Assembly (NCBI GenBank): GCA_964016885.1
Contig: OZ024740.1
Coordinates: 377,518,001 to 377,582,000, forward strand
DNA length: 64,000 nt
Reading direction: 5' to 3'
From: Eledone cirrhosa
Lineage: Eukaryota
A program made the translations under genes and the position numbers. The notes beneath the pieces were generated by a model. The model did not search any database. It had not been told where the DNA came from and was given only the letters and a program-made list of their open reading frames with translations. Positions 56,394 to 64,000 of this stretch are shown in pieces; the first letter of the stretch is position 1; every line of letters begins with the position of its first letter.

Positions 56394-56996
56394 TGGTGGC
56401 TGCCAACTTGTTTTCGAGTACGGCCACTACTTTATATCCATGTAGGAGAACCCCTACTGATGCGCTAAACAAGTGTGACTTTTTAGTCCAGCCAGCGACT
56501 TGAAAACTCTGGTACAAACACTACACTTGTGACAATTATTGACACATAGTGCTAGGCCCATGGTACCATGTGACGACAAGTGCAGAGAGATCTCCAGATA
56601 TAAAGCAATGCCTGTGCTGTGAAGCTTTTATAGTGAGCAAAGGCACTGCACAAAGCCAGTCCCACTCTCTTAACCAAGATGATATTTACCAAAAAGAAGA
56701 ACAAGTCAACATCATTGGATACCATCAGGGTTGCAGGTGTTATATCAGAGTTTTCCTTCTGAATTCTGCCTTGACAAAGGCTAAGGGGTCATCTCTCCCG
56801 GTGATTTTGGATGGACATTGACTCTTAAGAGCTCCTTTTCCCTTTGACAGGTTTTGTTTTTAGTCCTGCAGGATGTCCAAAGTCACCCTCCTCACCAAGA
56901 AACCTTATGGGGTTGCCAGTTTAGTCGCCAACGACCCGACCATGAGACAGGTTGTACTGGGATACATGTTACCAGTAGCACCAACTGGTGACCTGA
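56394..56996 (-). mobile_element. Non-autonomous RTE-derived element, copy 4
   Basis: Near-identical to copies 1 and 2; flanked by (TACA)n. Confidence 0.8.
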
Positions 56997-57208
56997 CATA
57001 CATACATACATACATACATACATACATACATACATACATACATACATACATACATACAATCCTTATCAAGCCCTCTTTGGATTTGGGGATTCGTAATTAT
57101 TATTACTGTTTGTGGGGGGGTGTCAAAGGTAAACAAATATAACAACACAAACGATACAGTATATGGAAGGAATATATTAGTTTAACGCTTGAAATAGCAG
57201 GAAGAGGG

Positions 57209-57244
57209 TCTTAACGTTTCGAACGCTAGTCCTTCATCAGAAGA
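57209..57244 (-). ncRNA. Minimal type I hammerhead ribozyme (Penelope-type)
   Basis: TCTT CTGATGA A GGAC tagc GTTC GAAA CGTT AAGA: stem I TCTT/AAGA, stem II GGAC/GTTC, palindromic minimal stem III. Confidence 0.7.
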
Positions 57245-58725
57245 AAGAATGAGAAATTAGAATGATTGAGGGGTCGGGCAGAGCGGAATCGGAAAAAAAT
57301 TGTTTTAGAGAAAAATAACAGGTCCATTCATGCTACCATCTCTTGAAAAACTGTTGATGCTGGTGTTTTGCGTATGATATACTTCTTTTAGAAAAGTGGG
57401 TGATGGCGCGCGTATATCTGAAAAGGAAAGAAAGCGTTTCGTATATAGAAAGCGTTTAGCTATACGTGTGCGCGTGCGTAAATGCGTGTGTTGAGGGGAG
57501 GGGGGTTATTTGTCCGTATGAAGATATATATATATACATACATACATCACCCCTAAATCATTTGTCTAAATTTATGCTCTTGCCATTGTGCTAAATACAC
57601 CGTGAAGAAAGGCTTAAATTTAATGTTAAAATCTATAGTATTCTGGAGCATCAAACGAAAAATTCTTACAATCTTAAAAATTTATTTTTATTTCTTTCGT
57701 GCAGTAATTATTAGTTGTCAGGACAAAAAAGCTGAATTCAAATACCTTTGCCGTTGATCTATTATTAAATCCCTATGTTATCAATAGAACAATCCCTTTA
57801 CGTGGTTGGTAGACGTGCTAGGAATCGCAGTCAAATGTCCCTTAACTCACACCCAACCGTCTAGAATAAGAACATATTTGATAATGCAGTCCTAAATTAC
57901 CCCTTAAAAGAACACCATAGGGATGTCTTTGATTATATGTCTGCTCGATCAGGATTGACCTGGGGCAAAAACAACGGCAATATGGATCAAATCGATATGT
58001 TTTATTTCATTATCGAATAAAGTATAATACTATAGAACAAACTGATTGTGTCTTGTTAAAGAAGATGAACAGAAACGATAGAGCATCGGACCAAATACTT
58101 TTCAGTGTGTAACTTGAAGTCGACTGGAATCGATAAATAAATGCTACCATTCAAGAACTGGAGTTGATTTAATCGATAATTTTGCTCCATTGTAAATATG
58201 TGGACTTATACTGCTCTGAGGAATCATCTCACTCGAAAGCTCGAAAGATGAAATTATCTTTTCAAACAACTTGTTTTTTTTATTTAGTTAGATGAATAAT
58301 TTAAGAATAACCAATATCACGAGAATGATCAGTTTTGTATATATGGTCTATAGATATTAAAAGGAAAGAAATCACGAAAAACTATTTGGATTAAACAAAT
58401 ACATTTTATTTACAGAAATAGGAATTTGTTTGGGTAAGACACATGAGCATTTTCATGCAAAGGTAATACAAATATTGCAGTTTTAACCTCGCAGTCAAAT
58501 GTCACGTTAATTGCTATTCATAACCACGAACAAACCAATATGAATCTGTACACAGATTGATTTTTTATCGGTCAACTGATTGTTGGTTATTATTGAGAAA
58601 GTAAATTGCTTTAGTCAATTCTCAGACATCCTTTATTTATTGTACATTTTATTTTACTCTTGTTTTATTTTCTAACCTATTTTCTCTGCTTATTTATTTA
58701 TTTATATTATTTTTACTTATTTCAG

Positions 58726-58879
58726 CTCTGGTGTCAAGCAATTCATGTGATCACACAGTACACTACTTGCAGTAATTATTTCTGGATGTTCTGTGAAGGA
58801 TTCTTTATGCACACACTCATTATGAACGCTTTTTCTACTTCATGTTCGCTCCTTTACATTTGTCATATCATCGGATGGG
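58726..58879 (+). CDS. Exon (TM3-ICL2-TM4) of the calcitonin-receptor-like GPCR
   Basis: tatttcAG acceptor and G|GTAAGA donor; LWCQAIHVITQYTTCSNYFWMFCEGFFMHTLIMNAFSTSCSLLYICHIIGW(G) with the NYFWMxCEG and IGWG signatures; 154 nt, phase 0 to 1. Confidence 0.95.
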
Positions 58880-58911
58880 GTAAGAAACTTCATGTTATGG
58901 TTTTGCCAACT

Positions 58912-59680
58912 TAATAATAATGAAATTATTGTGTAAAGTGCTCAGGTGCACTACAACTCGTCAAAGGTGCATATATAGTACATAGAATAATATACAAATG
59001 TCAGGGAAGTGAATAGTGTATGAGTCATGATATACATGTGTGTATGTGAATGGAGGGGGAACATTAGGTGTAGTGTTGGCGAATCTCGGGAAGCATGGAG
59101 GTTTTAAAGGATGCAGTGTCTCTGCAGTGTCTCGACAGCTAATAACTGATGCAGGTAGTTTGTTTCATGCTTCAGCAACTCTAAGCGTGAAAAAATGTTT
59201 CCGAAAATCATGGGAACTGTGCTGTTTTCTGACTTTGTGGGCATGCCCACGTGTGTTAGACACATGGAAATCAAAAAGGTACTCAGGGTTGTTGTTGGCA
59301 AGATGGTTAACAATTTTGTGGGTGTTTGCCAGGCGTCGGAGCTTCAATGTATCCATGCCCAGGGAAGCAAGGCGTTCAGAGTATGGTAGATGCCTGATGG
59401 AGGGTATTCGCTTGGTTGCACGTCTCTGAACAGTTTCCAGGCGGTCAATGTTCTGAGCAAGATAGGGGTTCCAGACTGGTGATGCAATTTTAGAGACGTG
59501 CTTCGTCCAACGCAAATCGCTGCTGACCGTAATGCCCAGGTCACGTTCACAAGAAGACTTCTTGATATTAGTGCTGTGGAGGGAGTATGTGGACGCTGGG
59601 TTTTTACTCCCAAAATGCATGGTGGTGCACTTGTCCACAGCTAACTTGAGTTGCCAGTCTGAGATCCATTGTTGCATTTG
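58912..59680 (-). mobile_element. CR1-clade LINE 3' fragment with internal deletions
   Basis: WQLKLAVDKC..ERDLGITV..SPVWNPY..LETVQRRATK..TRGH..RKHFF; short (ATT)n tail. Confidence 0.85.
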
Positions 59681-60560
59681 TCGGCATTCTCTTTTAAACA
59701 TATTTATCTGATATCTAACTTTGAGTATTTAGATTTATAAATAAGAAATAAGAGCAGCTACACAAACTGTATAAACACAGATTGCGGTTGAAGCTCGACT
59801 TGCTAGAAATAGCAGCCAAATCTTTCTGAAATCACATACTGCCAACTAATGAAAGAGAAGGCATTGATTAATACTGTCTTAGATACACTATAATTGAATC
59901 AAACATAGAATTATCATAGGCCAGTTTCAAGCTAAACAACAATTATATAGAAACACGCATCACTCTGCTCCAACTGCGAAAATGTATGTGGCTTTTACAA
60001 AAGCATTTTTTACTAATGAATTAAAGAATTTCGGTAACCAACTTAATGGTTTTTTTTACTCATTTCTGTACTGCTTCAGTTCAGTACGCTTGAAGAAAAT
60101 CGCTCACTCTTACAAACTGAATGGCTTTTACTCAGCAACGCTTACATGATTATCATACGAATCGTAAATGTAAGTCACACAGTCAGCAATCTTTCCCGCC
60201 TCTCAAATTGATGCTAATATTTGGTCCCTTGGCAAAGGAATTTCTACCAGTTTTGCGGAATCCTTATTCCCTCAACTTACTTTTGAGAGGTTTCCATACA
60301 GGCGCTCGTGTGTCTTGTGCTATTGCTACTTCACATCAAGAACAACACGTAGCATCCCTGTGTAGCAACTGCCAAGACTCTTCGTTCTTTTCTAGAGTGT
60401 CAATATGTTGCTACCATACAAGAGCACAGACTAAACAGTGGTTAGAAAAAAACCTTATCTTATTCAGTGTTGTTATTTGAATCTATTCGTTTGGAATTAT
60501 AGGTTATCCTTACTTCAACCTAAAGAAATCTATAGAAAGAAAATTTCTCATTTCTAACAC

Positions 60561-60600
<40 letters not shown>

Positions 60601-60636
60601 CACACACACACACACACACACTCTCACACATACTCT

Positions 60637-60689
<53 letters not shown>

Positions 60690-60944
60690 TTTCCATCTAT
60701 CTTTTTTTGTTTTTCTCTCTTTTTTTCACTTACTAACCATCTATCAGTTTTGCTTTCACTATAAACTGTATATAACGTTTTGTCTTTCAATCTTTTTTTT
60801 ATCTCCCAGGAGATCTTCATTTTTTAATGTTTATGAATAAATCCCCCCTCCCCTCTCTCTCTCTCCATCTCTCTCCCTCTCTCTGTCTTTCTCTCTCTTT
60901 ATATATCTATCTAATCGAATTAGAATTTAGCTTCAAGCATAGCT

Positions 60945-61134
60945 GTATACAGATATGTTTTGGAATTTCGTATTTCTAAATAAATACGGTATATTTATAA
61001 ATAAACATTTAGAAAGCTGTAGCCTAACCGGTGTTTTTTCCGGTATTTTTGCATAGCTACGGCTTTCTAAATGTTTATTTATAAACATACCGTATTTCTT
61101 TAGAAATACAAAATTCCAATACATATCTGTATAC
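60945..61134. repeat. Palindrome with ~79 bp arms and ~32 bp spacer
   Basis: 60945-61023 is the near-exact reverse complement of 61056-61134. Confidence 0.88.
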
Positions 61135-61156
61135 GAAATTCCAATATGAAATTCCA

Positions 61157-61246
<90 letters not shown>

Positions 61247-61328
61247 GTTATTCCGGGTTGAATCGGAGGTAACCACAGTAAGTAAGGTACTCAATACATT
61301 GCAGAGTATAAAAGTTTTAATATAGATG

Positions 61329-61379
61329 AGATTCTACAGGACTAGAACTGTATCATTCTTTAGAAATCATCAGGAATCT
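61329..61379 (-). ncRNA. Degenerate type I hammerhead ribozyme (GAAA mutated to GATA)
   Basis: AGATTC CTGATGA tttct-aa-agaat GATA CAG-ttctagtc-CTG TA GAATCT. Confidence 0.55.
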
Positions 61380-61865
61380 GGGTATCAAAAAATAAATATG
61401 GTATTTATAGGTCTCTTCAGGTGGTAGGTGAGGGTAGGGAGTGGGATGGGTAGAGGTCATTGGTTGATAGAAAAGGGAATTCATTAAAAGCTAATTCTTC
61501 AAAGCTATAGTTTATATTTAGAGTAACAAAGGCAGAAAGAATTCTATAAACAAGTTCAGGATGGGGTGCCACTCCTTATTTTTAAGTTTCTCTTAAGCTA
61601 ACAATGTCTAGATTTCAGGTGTCTATAAGATCATTGGGAGTCAGTCATGGTTGATGGATTTAAAGAAAAGGGAAATTCTTTAAAAGCTAATTCTTTAAGG
61701 TTCTACTTAGTGACAAAGGCCTAGAGAATTCTATAGACCAGTTCAAATATTGAGTGCATATCATACCATTATCTTCAAATTTCTCTTAAGCTATATTCCA
61801 AAAGTCAACAAACACATTCACAAACACACTCACTCACACACTCGCGCGCACCCACATACACCCAC

Positions 61866-61903
<38 letters not shown>

Positions 61904-61904
<1 letters not shown>

Positions 61905-62542
61905 TGAAAAAATGAGGAGAAGAATACTGCATGGTTGCACATGGATAACATGTTATAAAATGAGTCCCTCATCAGTGATTTACCAACGGTCATAGGTATT
62001 TCATTGCATTAAAAATCATATACCTCACGTTGGCGCAATAATAACTAAAATAAGTTATTAGGACAATTAAAACGCGTAAAGCGAGTGAGACAAGTAAACA
62101 ACACAGAGGAAAGCTAACCGAAGATAGGAAGAGACACAAGCTACATAGTTATTCTATCAGTATAAGCTGGGTGAATATATGAGCGAGTAGAAAATAGACC
62201 TTTCGAGATGAATCCGATGTAAGAAAGAAGGAAAATCGTTAACGTCGCGAACGGGGGGAAGTGAGAAGGGGAGAAACAGTGAGTGAGTGAGTGGAAGTGT
62301 GAGGAAGAGGTCAGTAGAGAGAAAGTGTTAACTGACATGACAGAGGGGACGAAAGAAAGTAAGAGAAACAGAGAGAACGAGGGAGCAGTAAGAGAGAGAG
62401 AGAGAAAAACAGAATCGCAGTTTAGGTAAATATATGTGAAAAAATGGGGAGAAGAATACTGCATGGTTGCACATGGATAACATGTTATAAAATGAGTCCC
62501 TCATCAGTGATTTACCAACGGTCATAGGTATTTCATTGCATT
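61904..62542 (-). mobile_element. Penelope-like pseudo-LTR remnant with ~105 bp direct repeats
   Basis: 61904-62010 is repeated at ~62435-62542; minus strand has GAAATACC..GGTA..CTGATGAGG. Confidence 0.5.
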
Positions 62543-63837
62543 TTGCCGGGACACGTTAACAGCTCCGAGGAGGTGTTGAAGCGCCTGCATCAAATGGATC
62601 CCGACACCAGAAGGAATAACAGATATGCCTTCAGCCTTGATGTAGTCGCTCTCTACACCTCGGTCCCGGCACTCCCGGCCGTCAATATACTGATGGAACG
62701 CGTCCAATCCACCGACCTACACTGCTTCGGGCTCACCACCACTGACATCCACCAACTCCTATCCATCATCGTCGACAACACCTACTTCGGATTCCTTGAC
62801 CAAACATACCAACAAACCTCGGGATTGCCCATGGGATCAAGCCTATCAGGTATGCTAGCGATCTCTTACTTGAACGCAAGGCACTCAACGCCTGCCACCC
62901 CAACGCCGTAGCCTTTTTCTCAAGGTACGTGGACGATATCCTCATCCTCACATCTTCCCAAGACACGGCGAACAGAATCTATGAGACGTTCAACAACACG
63001 GACGAGAACATTGACTTCAGTGTTGAACACCCCAACGAAGACGGGTCACTTGCCCTCCTCGACTTCCGAATCAACATCACGGAACAGGGAAGGATCCACT
63101 GCAACTTCTACCGAAATGCAGCCTGCAGGGACCTGTTCGTTCACTACAAGTCCGCCCTCCCTAACAGTGCCAAAAGAGGATACATCACGAACGAGATCGC
63201 GCGAATCAAAAACAGATGCAGCGATCCCGCGAGTGGTGTCACTCATACCAAGCGATTCCTCGAGGTGCTGGAGACGAACGGGTACCCTACCTCGATCACA
63301 GACAGAATAGGAGACACCAGACACAAGAGACAGAGAGGCACACAAGGCAAGTGCTTCCTTAAAATGCCACACCTGTGCGAGAATACCACCAACGCTATCC
63401 GCAAGGCTATACGGAGGGAGGGCCTCGACATCCACCTGGCCCACTCGGGCCCCTCCCTGCGAAGATGCCTCTCCAGGAAACCCGGGAAATCCACTGACGC
63501 GTGCTCCCTCAGAGACTGCCCGATACGCCATGCGAACTGTTGCCTACGCACATACGTCGTGTATAAGATAGAATGTGACAGGTGTAACCAATACTATATA
63601 AGTAGCACAATCCGACCTTTGCATATCCGGATCAAGGAACACACTAAAACCAGGGCCTCGTCTTTCCGGAAACACATAGACAAATGCGGAAACAAAGACG
63701 GAAGGCCCATTGTCACAATTCTAGCGACTGAAAGAAACGTCGGCACGTTACGTATCAAGGAAGCGCTTTTTACCAAACGCCTGGCACCGCAAATAAACAA
63801 TCGATCCGAGAGAAGCGAAATGAGGTGGCTGGTTTAA
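62543..63837 (+). mobile_element. Penelope-like element, 5'-truncated RT plus GIY-YIG, frameshifted
   Basis: FSLDVVALYTSVP, YQQTSGLPMGSSLS, RYVDDIL, LALLDF, VVYKIEC..C..YISST.R.L..RIKEH, LRIKEAL..PQIN. Confidence 0.92.
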
Positions 63838-64000
63838 GTTAACAAACGATGCAGCAACACACGCACACACACAAACGAGACAATTACACACGCACACGCA
63901 CACACAGACAGTAGCATTCCACCATACGAACATACTACACTGCCAATACAGAGGAACAAGGCAACAACACACGCATACACACACACACTCAAGCGAGACA

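Overview
Repeat-dense eukaryotic DNA, most likely an octopod cephalopod. This is inferred from the SINE and microsatellite landscape and not verified. Three in-phase + strand exons (40272-40363, 52800-52926, 58726-58879) encode TM1-TM4 of a class B, calcitonin-receptor-like GPCR; almost everything else is intronic or intergenic TE-derived sequence. Positions 1-28.1 kb hold a nested array of non-LTR retrotransposons, nearly all separated by (TTA)n tracts: R4/Dong-like RLE elements always on the minus strand, Tx1-like APE elements and tRNA-type SINEs always on the plus strand. The Tx1 elements and the SINEs share a covarying 3' hairpin (loop CTTGT), suggesting a LINE-SINE partnership. Tx1 ORF1 stop codons overlap a conserved GTAAGT splice-donor consensus. 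A parallel system of non-autonomous RTE-derived elements is nested in (TATG)n tracts. The window also has Penelope fragments with hammerhead ribozyme cores, an internally deleted Helitron, CRE, CR1 and RTE fragments, and a ~2.8 kb inverted-duplication structure. All TE ORFs seen are truncated or carry stops/frameshifts. Element boundaries were read by eye and may be off by a few bases.
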